From IMG/VR virus record IMGVR_UViG_3300008954_000001: DNA of 64,000 nucleotides. One strand, 5' to 3'. The position numbers and the translations under genes were made by a program. A model generated the notes under the pieces. That model saw only the letters and a program-made list of their open reading frames with translations, was not told the origin of the DNA and made no database searches. Below, one piece after another: positions 38,538-47,664 of the stretch (position 1 is the first letter of the stretch; each line of letters opens with the position of its first letter). The DNA is from a virus. Lineage: Duplodnaviria; Caudoviricetes.

Positions 38538-38897
38538 TTAGGGGCTTTTTTCTGCCATCAGAGCAATAAACGGCTTGTTGCAGGGCGGGTCGTCCTCGTG
38601 CAAGTCCTCAATGGTGGTGGGGCGGTCCAGCCTTGTCTCCATACACGGACGACACAGCATATCTTCATCTTGATCTACGACTTGCGCCCACAAATCGTCC
38701 TTCACCATGATGTAATCCCCATCAGGCCACAAACGGACAGGCCGAGCGCACTCTTCACACGCTTGGGCGGCTCTCTTGTACTGATCGATCAACGAATTCA
38801 GCCTCGGATCGGGCTTTGATTGCTTTTGGAAGTTCAACAGCACCCCTAAGACCATTTCGGCGGCCAAAATCTGATCCATGATGGGGTCGTCGTACAC
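38538..38897 (-). CDS. Hypothetical protein
   Basis: CEEC...YIMVKDDLW...LCRPCMETRL. Confidence 0.55.
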   Translation of the reverse strand: MYDDPIMDQILAAEMVLGVLLNFQKQSKPDPRLNSLIDQYKRAAQACEECARPVRLWPDGDYIMVKDDLWAQVVDQDEDMLCRPCMETRLDRPTTIEDLHEDDPPCNKPFIALMAEKSP

Positions 38898-39326
38898 GGG
38901 AGGCTCCTACTTGGTACGTATTACTGACATAATCGAAGATTAGTCAGTAATTTGGTACGCAGTGGGCGGGGTTTGGCTTTTCGAGGTCAAAAAATTTCCC
39001 CAAAAGAAATTTGAGGATCACTTTCCGTGATTTCTGGATCGAAAAAATTGAGGAAAACAGCTTTCAACCCGTTCCGACCTTTGGTTCAGACGGTTGAACA
39101 TTCGAGTCTGTCGTTTTCAATACAGGTTCATATAGCCCTAATTACTATAGAAGGGGGGTAGGGCATGTTTTTTATACGGTTCCTGGAAAGGGGCCAAATT
39201 TACCCCCCCACCCCCATATACCCCCTAATTCGGACCCGAATTGGCCGAAATTGTCCGAAATTTAAGGGGGGCCGGTGAGGGAGGGGGGGTCCAGGAGGGG
39301 TGTCCGAACAGCACCCCCACACAACT

Positions 39327-39721
39327 GAGTCGAGTTTTTTTATAGCTACTTAGAACTGCTGCGAACTCTGAGCGCCGCTGCCAGGGCCTGGTGCGCCCAC
39401 TGTGATCTAACGCCCTTGATCCCAGCCCATTAGCCCCCGTCACACAGGGGGACACACAGGGGGACACAGTTGCACAAGCTCACACCCACTCAGTTCATCA
39501 CACCACCCATGCACATGAGACCCACACACACCAAGTCGAGTTTTTCTATAGCACCCCCCCTACGTGAGACACCCCCCTATATGGGGCTACTCTCATAGGC
39601 CCGTAGGCCATAGGCCATATAGGGGGTGAGAGGGGGTGCCTGTGCGGTGCGGGTGCGGCTATCCGTATCTGCCCACCCACCTATGGCACCCCTAAAGAAA
39701 TGAGCCGAGTTTTTCTATAGC
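39327..39721. repeat. Three dispersed direct repeats (G)TCGAGTTTTT(C/T)TATAGC in a ~1.15-kb non-coding region
   Basis: Copies at about 39327-39346, 39533-39552 and 39702-39721. Confidence 0.75.
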
Positions 39722-40068
39722 CCCCCACTGGTAAGGGTCTCTCGAAGCATCGCCCTGCTGATGGGGTTGGAAGATCGACCGCATCAACCTCATGCTGTTC
39801 TCAATATGCTGATCGTGATCTGCACATAGCACCCCCCTCCTCTGAGGGAACCCTTCATAGAGAACCCTCTCTTGATCTGGGATCAAGGCACCCCACCACC
39901 CCCACCACTGAGGACGTGCCCCACGTGCCCTGGACGTGCGCTGCCGATATACGACGTAGAGAAGCCCCCCCAACGTAGAGAAGCCCCACCCTCAGGAGGT
40001 CAGGTTCCTGAGCATGAGGCTTCTCATATAGACCCCCCTCTGTGGGGGAGCCTTATTGTAGGTTGTTA

Positions 40069-40293
40069 TTAGGGATGTGACACCAAGACCACTTGGTCCC
40101 ATGGGAGCGGGGTCGTGGGGGTAGGTGCCAATGCCCTGCACATCTCATTGTGCAGCTTGAGCATACCATCCTCATCAGGGGGCTTATCGACCCGCCGCCT
40201 GAACTGGTTCTGGCCACCTACAACCACGAACACGTCAACCCACCCGTTAGTGGGGGCCTCAGTGGTGGTTTCCATGTTTTCAGGTTCAGTCAT
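40069..40293 (-). CDS. Hypothetical protein
   Basis: GGAGG RBS, overlaps the upstream stop. Confidence 0.5.
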   Translation of the reverse strand: MTEPENMETTTEAPTNGWVDVFVVVGGQNQFRRRVDKPPDEDGMLKLHNEMCRALAPTPTTPLPWDQVVLVSHP

Positions 40294-40861
40294 TTGTATC
40301 CTCCTCGGAGATCCACACGTGGGCGGGCCTCCGTTTGTGTGTCCTTGAAAAAGACACCCGTGGTGTAGGGGTCTCCACTCGAATCATGTCGAGCAATAGA
40401 TCCCTCACGCTCTCAGGAAGGTCGGAAAGACTCTCCTGTGCTCCTCGGCGCAGTTTGTATGTGGTGCTCTCCTCAATGATGTCACCAAAACAACTGTCAG
40501 GAAGCTCCCCTATATCGACCCCCTTCTTGAGAGAGTACCTTTGGTCAGGGCTAACTACCCTCGCCTGTATGTTCTTGTCTCGTGAGAACACCGTGAACTT
40601 CGCACCCTTCGCATCAGCCGCCAACTTACGCAGGTCTGACTTGAAAGGCTCCAAGGCAACCCTCGCCTGTTCAGATAGATCCCACAACACCATCGCTGCC
40701 TCGACCTTAATCTGCATCGGCACATCATCCTCGGCCAATAGGCCCTTCAAATAGTCGATGTCCTGAGCCAAATCGTCACGACAAGTCTGAATGTCCTCGA
40801 AATTGTCCATTTTGGTTGGTTTGTTAGTCATTTCACTACCCACTACTTGAATGCTACCCAT
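40286..40861 (-). CDS. Hypothetical protein
   Basis: 191 aa, operonic. Confidence 0.55.
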   Translation of the reverse strand: MGSIQVVGSEMTNKPTKMDNFEDIQTCRDDLAQDIDYLKGLLAEDDVPMQIKVEAAMVLWDLSEQARVALEPFKSDLRKLAADAKGAKFTVFSRDKNIQARVVSPDQRYSLKKGVDIGELPDSCFGDIIEESTTYKLRRGAQESLSDLPESVRDLLLDMIRVETPTPRVSFSRTHKRRPAHVWISEEDTND

Positions 40862-41459
40862 GATCCACCTCCCACTGCACCATGACGGATTCGGGAACCG
40901 TCATTACGATCTCCCCCTCGGCATTGAAGCCTCGCCATTGATCAAGGGCTGCGTCCCATCGAACAGTCTTCACGATCTGGAACATCGCTGAGATGCCCGT
41001 CAGGTCCACCGTGGTCAGGGGGTTGTTTCGATAGAAAGCCAACGAGTCGTGTGACTGAGGCTTCAACTGGCTCTGCCCGTCCTGTACCGTGACATACCCG
41101 TTACCACGACCATGACGAACTTGACCGTTCACCAAAGAGGAAGGCGAAGCCACATAGCCCTTGTCAGCCTTCTCCTCGACCTTTCGGACAATGGACATGA
41201 ATGACGGGTGCTCTTTCCTCGTACCACTGGTGCCTACTCGACCCCACTTCACATAGAACCCGTTGCGATCCTCGCCAGCCTCGTAGAACTTGTGGCTGTT
41301 CTTATGCGTGTCGTGGAACTCCATGTAGGTGAACCATCCACACGAGCCTTGACCGTTCTTGGCACAAAGCTGATCGGCTACTTGTCGGGCCTCGTCCATG
41401 ACCCGTTGGGCCTGATACCCGTGGGCGAACGGGTCCGTTACAATGTATTGGAAACTCAT
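40854..41459 (-). CDS. WGR-domain protein
   Basis: SHKFYE...YVKWGRVGTSG...EEKADKGY; start set at ATG 41459. Confidence 0.75.
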   Translation of the reverse strand: MSFQYIVTDPFAHGYQAQRVMDEARQVADQLCAKNGQGSCGWFTYMEFHDTHKNSHKFYEAGEDRNGFYVKWGRVGTSGTRKEHPSFMSIVRKVEEKADKGYVASPSSLVNGQVRHGRGNGYVTVQDGQSQLKPQSHDSLAFYRNNPLTTVDLTGISAMFQIVKTVRWDAALDQWRGFNAEGEIVMTVPESVMVQWEVDHG

Positions 41460-41460
41460 G

Positions 41461-42354
41461 TTACGCCCCCTTTCGAGCAAGAGCCAACTCGACACAGCCC
41501 TCGTGGACCAGACCGAAGTTGGGAATGATGACCCCGTTGGTGCCTACCACAAACTCTTGCTTGCAACAGTCGCAGGGGATGCCTTCCATTTCCACAGGGA
41601 GAACCGTCAGGTTGCTCATGTCTACGCCCGTAGGGGTAGCCTCAGGAGCCTTTTCCTCAACCTCAGGTTCGGGAGCGGGTGGTTCCACCAAGCCCAACAC
41701 GATACCAAGGTTGCCATCGGAGACACCTCGCTTGACGATTTGAGCCAGATCGCTCAGTCGAGAGGACCGTGCTTCTGCACATGCCCCCGCAATAGGACAC
41801 CGAGCACATACCTTGCTCGATCCGCTGAACGCCACACCAAAGCAAGGGCTGTTAGCCAGTTGAAGGCTCAACAGATACCCGTCTGTCTTGGGGGCCTCAG
41901 GGAGGTCCAAAGTCGTTCCACCAGCCATCACCGTGATCCGCTTACCTGAACTCGAAGCAGATGCTTTCGGAGTCTTGGCCTTCTTGGGAGCAGGGGCCTT
42001 CTCCTCGACCACAGCCTGAGGAGTCGTACCTTCCATCCCACAAAAGAGCGCATAGCCAGCAGGGGTCAGGGAATACTTGCCCCGTCCAGCGTCAGCACAT
42101 TGGCCCTTCTTCTTCAAGAGGTAGTAGTTGGAGGTCAAAGCCTTCGTTGCGGGGTTGCGTGATACGCCACCCCAATTGGCCGCCTCGAAAGTGTCAGGGT
42201 CGATGCCCATGATCTCGAATGCCCGTGTGCGAACATCCTTCACCTTCACGGCGACATGAGCGGTCCCTGCGATCTCCCCTATGGCCTGAATCAGAGCGTT
42301 CTGAATCTGTGCCTTGCCGGGAAGTGAGGGTTGAGTTGTTTGAGTCGTAGTCAT
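41461..42354 (-). CDS. Hypothetical protein with an HTH-like N-terminus and Cys clusters
   Basis: 297 aa; CARCPIAGAC and CDCC; preceded by a promoter motif and leader hairpin. Confidence 0.6.
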   Translation of the reverse strand: MTTTQTTQPSLPGKAQIQNALIQAIGEIAGTAHVAVKVKDVRTRAFEIMGIDPDTFEAANWGGVSRNPATKALTSNYYLLKKKGQCADAGRGKYSLTPAGYALFCGMEGTTPQAVVEEKAPAPKKAKTPKASASSSGKRITVMAGGTTLDLPEAPKTDGYLLSLQLANSPCFGVAFSGSSKVCARCPIAGACAEARSSRLSDLAQIVKRGVSDGNLGIVLGLVEPPAPEPEVEEKAPEATPTGVDMSNLTVLPVEMEGIPCDCCKQEFVVGTNGVIIPNFGLVHEGCVELALARKGA

Positions 42355-42411
42355 TGTATTTTTCCTTTGGGCCTGTGGCCTCAGTTATTCTGTGCCGATA
42401 GGCGGCTACTC

Positions 42412-42442
42412 TGTTTACCGATAGGCGAATGAATCCGCCCCC
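42412..42442 (-). promoter_or_regulatory. Bipartite promoter motif (variant)
   Basis: Minus strand reads GGGGGCG GATTCATTCGCCTAT CGGTAAAC. Confidence 0.55.
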
Positions 42443-43708
42443 TTAGAAGCCCTCCACAAGGTCTTCGTCATCTTCAAGGTCTGCTGCGCTGATAACGCCA
42501 CCCTTCATGTACGGATCGATAACCCGTGTCGCTTCCATGCGAGTCTCCTCGTCAGGAAGGCCGTCAATCCATGACCGAGCCGAGTCCTGAAGCAAACGAT
42601 CCGTCTTAGCGTTGGGTCGCCACTTCAACTGTGCTTCGCAAACGGAGGCCCAGTTACACACATCTCGGTGACTGAACTCCATGTAAAGCTCGCCCTTGTC
42701 GATACAGCTACGGAGAGCCTTCGTACATGCCCCGATGGTATCGAGAGCGTCAGGGTGCTTGCCGAACAAGACAGGGAACTTGGAGCGCATCACTTCAACC
42801 TCATCCTTCCACGACATTCCGTGAAAGATGACCTTCGTGTTGAAGCGGTTCATGATCGAGCTATCGATAGCCCGTGCCGAGATACAGCGTCCCGTGGTGT
42901 CTCCACCACCTTGACTGTTAGCGGTAGCCACGAACTGCGTTCCCGGTACGACCGTTACAGCCTCACCGTCTGGCGACATGACACGACCCTCAATCGAGTC
43001 GAGCATCAAGCGCAAGGTTTCGATCTGCGCCTTCGTAGCACGGTCAGCGTCCGAGAGAAGGACAATGTACGGACGAACCGTTCCATCAGCCGTAACATAG
43101 CCCTCGGTGAGAGCCTTCCAAAGCTGGCCGTACTCCCAAAAGGTCTGGACATTGCCATCCTCATCGGGAGCGAAGCTGCGAGTGTAAAGGTAGGATTCGA
43201 GATCCATTCCCGGAGCGATGGTGATCATCAGCGCAGGGCGACGAAGCATCGCACTGAACGCATGGATGAAAGCATCCTTACCCGTACCGGGGGTTCCGCT
43301 GATCCACTCATGGAAACGGGAAGCCGTGTACAGGGCCGCACGAGAAATGTCCTTGCCGAGCGTACCGTACTTAGGAAGGCGGTAGTTGGCTGGCATTGGG
43401 AGACACGCACTTGCAGGTACATCGTGCCACACATCAAGGTCGAGTCCAGCGAAGGCTACGGACAGTTCGTCCAAATCCTTGCCAGCCCTACGGGTGACCT
43501 TAGGTTGGGTGGCCGACTCGATCTCCAGCAAGAGGTTCGAGATAACGGGCTTGCCCTTGTGAGCAACCTGATACTCAGCCACAGACATATTGTGGGCCTC
43601 GGTCAGGTGGTCGGCAAGGCTTAGATCCTTGTGACCGCAAATGGCACAGGTAATGTTCGCTGCGTCGATTTGCTTTTGGGTCAGGTTTTCGAGTTTCATT
43701 TTTGACAT
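42443..43708 (-). CDS. MoxR/CbbQ/CobS-like AAA+ ATPase with an N-terminal zinc finger
   Basis: CAIC...HLTEAH; Walker A GTPGTGKD; atypical Walker B LLSDADRA; FVATAN; MNRF. Confidence 0.85.
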   Translation of the reverse strand: MSKMKLENLTQKQIDAANITCAICGHKDLSLADHLTEAHNMSVAEYQVAHKGKPVISNLLLEIESATQPKVTRRAGKDLDELSVAFAGLDLDVWHDVPASACLPMPANYRLPKYGTLGKDISRAALYTASRFHEWISGTPGTGKDAFIHAFSAMLRRPALMITIAPGMDLESYLYTRSFAPDEDGNVQTFWEYGQLWKALTEGYVTADGTVRPYIVLLSDADRATKAQIETLRLMLDSIEGRVMSPDGEAVTVVPGTQFVATANSQGGGDTTGRCISARAIDSSIMNRFNTKVIFHGMSWKDEVEVMRSKFPVLFGKHPDALDTIGACTKALRSCIDKGELYMEFSHRDVCNWASVCEAQLKWRPNAKTDRLLQDSARSWIDGLPDEETRMEATRVIDPYMKGGVISAADLEDDEDLVEGF

Positions 43709-43755
43709 CTTAGTGTTTCCCTTGGGGCTATGCCCTCAGTTCTGCTTGTTACAGT

Positions 43756-43790
43756 CGTATTACCGATGGGGGAGGTTTTTAGCCCCCCCC
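43756..43790 (-). promoter_or_regulatory. Bipartite promoter motif
   Basis: Minus strand reads GGGGGGGGCT AAAAACCTCCCCCAT CGGTAATACG. Confidence 0.7.
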
Positions 43791-43801
43791 TCGGAGTTCC
43801 T

Positions 43802-44254
43802 TTAGGCAACCTTCGTTACCGACAAATCGTGAGCCACCTTACCCAAAACAGGGGTCTTGGGAAGCTGCGACACAACCTGTGCCTTGAAGTCAGCTTCGGC
43901 CTGAGCCACACCCATCTCTGCGAGAATAGTGTTCTTGGCCTTGGTATCCAACTCCATCGCCTCTCGCATAGCTTCAACCAGCTTGGCGGTAGCCGAGTCA
44001 CGGGTACAACCCATGTTACGGAGCAAGAGCGCACAGGTAGCGAGCAGGGGAATCGAGCAGGTGCTATCCTTCTCGGTGTCGTCTGCACGGCCCATATCGC
44101 CCGTGATACGAACGGTGAAGTCTACATGCGTGGACTTCACAATCTTCTTCTTCTCAACACCCGTGGGTGCCATCGAAGTTTGGGCCAGCTTCTTGGCCTT
44201 GCTGTTAATCGCATTGGCGAGTGCCAGCGTTTCTTCGTGTGTTAGGTTCATCAT
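43802..44254 (-). CDS. Hypothetical protein
   Basis: 150 aa; AAAGG RBS and leader hairpin. Confidence 0.6.
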   Translation of the reverse strand: MMNLTHEETLALANAINSKAKKLAQTSMAPTGVEKKKIVKSTHVDFTVRITGDMGRADDTEKDSTCSIPLLATCALLLRNMGCTRDSATAKLVEAMREAMELDTKAKNTILAEMGVAQAEADFKAQVVSQLPKTPVLGKVAHDLSVTKVA

Positions 44255-44313
44255 TCTTTTTCTTCCTTTGGGGCTATGCCCTCAATCAAATCCGTGGTGG
44301 CCCTATTGCCTCT

Positions 44314-44576
44314 CCACATTTAGTCTACCGATGGGCTTTCCAATCAGCCCCCCCATACGATTTGTTTTCGATGGGGTCGGTTTCCCTCACATTTGGTCTA
44401 CCGAGGGGCTTTCCAATCAGCCCCCCCTTGGGTGTTTGAAGATTCATTAAGTCACCAACGCACCTCACAGGACTACCCATGGTGGAATCGAACACACCCT
44501 CTTTGATGACTTAAGGAACCTTCAACCGTTCCCTCTTACATTTGGTCTACCGACATGAGGGTAAATCAGCCCCCCC
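44314..44576 (-). promoter_or_regulatory. Three leftward promoter motifs (44314-44354, 44386-44427, 44537-44576)
   Basis: Each reads GGGGGGGCTGATT-N11-CGGTAGAC(C/T)AAATGT on the minus strand. Confidence 0.75.
44430..44535 (-). ncRNA. Candidate ~100-nt hairpin RNA
   Basis: 25-nt imperfect inverted repeat TTGAAG(A/G)TTC(A/C)TTAAGTCA(C/T)CAA; two of the mismatches become G-U pairs on the minus strand. Confidence 0.4.
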
Positions 44577-44612
44577 TTACGTGCGTACACGTATTAATTG
44601 TTAGGCATCCCC

Positions 44613-44963
44613 AAGGGGGGGCTGATTGAGGGGGCCATCGGTAGACCAAACATGAGGCAATAAAGCCTCCAATAACAAAGCGTTAGATACAGCCGATGGG
44701 CATTAACCCATCACTTGAGAAGGTAAGGAGGCACCTATTAGTCAAAAAGCCAACAGAGGGAGATAGGTGGGGGTGGATTTCTCACACCCCCATCTATCAA
44801 ACCCTACCAAGATAGATAAGCGTGATAGGGCTGCTTCCAACAGTGAGGCGTTACGGCGAAAGCCGAAGTATGGAGTGCTCTTGGAATCAACCCTATCCCA
44901 CTTATCAATCCCCACTAAGGGGGGGGCTAATCTAAAGCCCTAACGGTAATACGAATGTGAGGG
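44613..44963 (+). promoter_or_regulatory. Two rightward promoter motifs (44613-44657, 44917-44963)
   Basis: GGGGGGGCT GATTGAGGGGGCCAT CGGTAGAC and GGGGGGGGCT AATCTAAAGCCCTAA CGGTAATAC. Confidence 0.75.
44655..44910 (+). ncRNA. Candidate ~250-nt structured RNA between two promoters
   Basis: 14-bp hairpin at 44762-44798; long nested stem at 44811-44910 with a CGGC-GAAA-GCCG tetraloop; no ORF. Confidence 0.45.
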
Positions 44964-44996
44964 CAACGAAGCCCCAACAAAAGAGGTGAGAGAGAT

Positions 44997-47663
44997 ATGA
45001 GTTACGCAGGCAAAAACCCCGGCATCCTACGCACCAAAGGTGAGAAGGGTGTCATCAGTTCGACAGCACTGATTCAGAGTACGCATCAAGCCACGGTCAA
45101 TGCCTTGGCACTTCCCTTGGGCAAGAAAGCCCCTAAGGTGTATGTTGGCGGAAACGGATACTGCATTGTCGCATACTTCCCGTGCAGGCTCCTTATTGAT
45201 CGCCTGTGCAACTTCGCACGGAACTACCCTGAAAAGGCGATGACCCGTGATGACCTTCGACAGATCGTAGATGAGGTCAACTACGCCCCCAACCAAGATT
45301 GGCGGCTTCAACCAGAACACAAGCGGATTCACATCGCTGGCTTGCCTGAGCAGGCTTCACGCAATGTAAAGGCCGCAGCGATTGCGGGCTGCATCCACGA
45401 AGAGGGCCACGACCTGTTTACCCGACAGGAAAAGCTCGACTTTGAGGAGATCGCCAGCATCGTCCTTCCTCGTTGGAACGCTGTGACCAACTGGGCACCC
45501 TACAAGGGCCTGTTGCTTCAAGCGGCTAACATTTTCGAGGACATTTACATTGAGCGTCTGCTTTGCGCCCTGTACCCCGGTGTGCGTGGCAAGATGGCTG
45601 CACTCCAAGACTTTATCCTGACCATGGAAGACAAGGGTCGCACCGAAGCTGGTGCTGACCTGACCCCCATTTCAGCCCTGATGGGTCTGATTCGGGATGT
45701 TGGCCTTGGTTACAAGACCGACCTTCAACGCAAGGCTGTGAACAGCTACCGTGAAGCTCACGCTGATGTGTGTGACCTTATGCTTACGGGCAAGGGTCAA
45801 ACCATCCTTCGTGACTCCATCCCCAATGTTTCTACCTCCGAGTCCATTAAAGAGGCTCGTGTAGACAACCTTGGTTCAACTCGATTGGCCTTGGACCTGA
45901 TCATCCTTATGGAAGAAGTGGGCGGTGCGCCTCCCCAAGAGCCTGAGGGTGAAGGTGAGGGTCAAGGTAAGGCATGTTGCCCCAACTGTAAGGCACCTGC
46001 TTCCAAGCTCCGTACCAAGGCTGTGAAGGACGATGACACCAAGATCGCCATTACCTGTACCGCTTGCGGATGGCAGGAAGTCATGGACAAGCCTGAACCC
46101 CAAGAGGGTGGCAACTGTGAGGGCGATGATGATGGTATTGCCATCGAACTTCCCCCCGAAGACGGTCAAGAGGGTCAACAGGGTAACGGCAAGCCCCCTA
46201 AGGACACTATCCGCTTTGACGATAGCGAAGAAGCTGATGACGAGTCCAAGGCTGGCGAGGCCCAAGAGGACGATGAGTCCGAGGATGGTGAGGGCGAAGG
46301 CGAAGGCTCCGAGTCTGACGAGTCCGAGGGCGATGACACCAAAGGCGAAGATGAGTCCGACACCAAAGGCGAAGATGAGTCCGAGGGCGAAGGCTCCGAG
46401 GATGGTGAGGGCGAAGATTCGGATTCCGATGGCGACTCTGATACCGAGGGCGAGGATGGTGACGGTGGTGAGTCCGACGATGGCGACCACATTGACAACC
46501 TTTGGGACGATGCTCGACCCGAACCCAACACCGAGGACTTGGATTCCAAGGCCGATGACGGCAAGGGTGGTGGAAACCAGTGGGGTGCGGCAGACGGCAA
46601 CACGGACAATGTGGCCCAAGAGGATCTGCTCGGCTCGTTGATTGACAGCATCGCCGCAAACGGTGAGGCCGACCTTATGGATTACGCTCAGGCATTGGGC
46701 GGTGAGTCCGAGGCCGAGATTCAGGAAGCCTTGAAGCACGATGTTCGTGATGGTGAGCGGGCATGGAACCCACAGACCACGGCTGGTGATAGGATTCTCT
46801 GGCCCGATGCGAACGACGATTGGGCCAAGGCTGCGGGTCGCAAGATCACGAAGTCGGTACGGCGTGAGTGCTCTTACTTGCTGGCACGGCTCCGTCAGAT
46901 CGTAATGGGTCAGGACGAAGTTATTGTGGAAGAGGGTTGCCCCAAGGGTCGCAAGCTCTCATCCCGTAACCTTGCCAACACTTACGCACAGGTAACGAAC
47001 TTTGAGCGTCCGGATCGGGCCTTCAAGCGGGTCGATGAGGAGGAACTCCCTTCCACGGCGGCTACCGTGTGTGTGGACGAGTCGGGATCGATGTACAACA
47101 TCTTGACCGAGGCTGGTCAGGTGGCATCGGCTATCGCCATGCCTCTCGATGCTCTCGGCGCAAAGGTCATGGTTCACGGTATTCGTTCAGGTGGGCGCAG
47201 TGTTCCCCACAACCCCCAACAAGGGTATCGCTCGAACTGTCACCGAAGCGGTGGGGTGACCCACGACATTATCAAGGGCTTTGATGAGTCCTACCGCCAA
47301 GCGGAAGCTCGGTTCTCCAAGCTCCAAGCTGACGGTGGAACTCCCCTGTCTGACGGCATCCAGTTTGCGATGGACAACCTCGAATACCGAGATGAGGACA
47401 ACAAGGTCATCTTCGTAGTGACCGATGGTTGGCCGAACGGTGGTCATGTTCCCGTGATCAACCGCCAGATTCGCCTCGCTAAGGAGCGTGGGTGGCACAT
47501 GGTTGGTGTGGGTGTAGGTGCGGATGCACAGTATGTGCAGAGCCTGTTCCCCGATAGCGTGTACAGCCCAACGGTGTCCGAGATTCCGAAGCTGTTGGTC
47601 AAGAAGCTCAATGAACTCATGTCGAACGGAACCGTTCAGAGACGGTCGGTGAAGTCGGCCTAA
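44997..47663 (+). CDS. CobT-like vWA protein with an N-terminal HExxH domain, zinc finger and acidic linker
   Basis: GCIHEEGH; CPNC...CTAC; long D/E/G linker; VDESGSM, GGTP and VVTDG MIDAS motifs. Confidence 0.85.
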   Translation: MSYAGKNPGILRTKGEKGVISSTALIQSTHQATVNALALPLGKKAPKVYVGGNGYCIVAYFPCRLLIDRLCNFARNYPEKAMTRDDLRQIVDEVNYAPNQDWRLQPEHKRIHIAGLPEQASRNVKAAAIAGCIHEEGHDLFTRQEKLDFEEIASIVLPRWNAVTNWAPYKGLLLQAANIFEDIYIERLLCALYPGVRGKMAALQDFILTMEDKGRTEAGADLTPISALMGLIRDVGLGYKTDLQRKAVNSYREAHADVCDLMLTGKGQTILRDSIPNVSTSESIKEARVDNLGSTRLALDLIILMEEVGGAPPQEPEGEGEGQGKACCPNCKAPASKLRTKAVKDDDTKIAITCTACGWQEVMDKPEPQEGGNCEGDDDGIAIELPPEDGQEGQQGNGKPPKDTIRFDDSEEADDESKAGEAQEDDESEDGEGEGEGSESDESEGDDTKGEDESDTKGEDESEGEGSEDGEGEDSDSDGDSDTEGEDGDGGESDDGDHIDNLWDDARPEPNTEDLDSKADDGKGGGNQWGAADGNTDNVAQEDLLGSLIDSIAANGEADLMDYAQALGGESEAEIQEALKHDVRDGERAWNPQTTAGDRILWPDANDDWAKAAGRKITKSVRRECSYLLARLRQIVMGQDEVIVEEGCPKGRKLSSRNLANTYAQVTNFERPDRAFKRVDEEELPSTAATVCVDESGSMYNILTEAGQVASAIAMPLDALGAKVMVHGIRSGGRSVPHNPQQGYRSNCHRSGGVTHDIIKGFDESYRQAEARFSKLQADGGTPLSDGIQFAMDNLEYRDEDNKVIFVVTDGWPNGGHVPVINRQIRLAKERGWHMVGVGVGADAQYVQSLFPDSVYSPTVSEIPKLLVKKLNELMSNGTVQRRSVKSA

Positions 47664-47664
47664 G

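Noticed and set aside
39327-39721. CRISPR array
   Set aside because: Only three ~20-bp repeats with 150-190 bp between them, and no cas genes.
42668-43624. Long antisense ORFs (also 45876-46739, 7284-7817, 7354-7932, 61793-62326)
   Set aside because: They are shadows of well-supported genes on the opposite strand, favoured by low-complexity charged coding; no RBS or motifs.
43715-43745. Hammerhead ribozyme (CTGAG...GAAA)
   Set aside because: The core is CTGAGGG rather than CUGANGA, stems I and III are missing, and the other copies lack GAAA in position.
44465-44510. tRNA-like GTTCGATTCC on the minus strand
   Set aside because: No acceptor stem, D arm or anticodon arm can be built; it lies in the loop of the larger hairpin.
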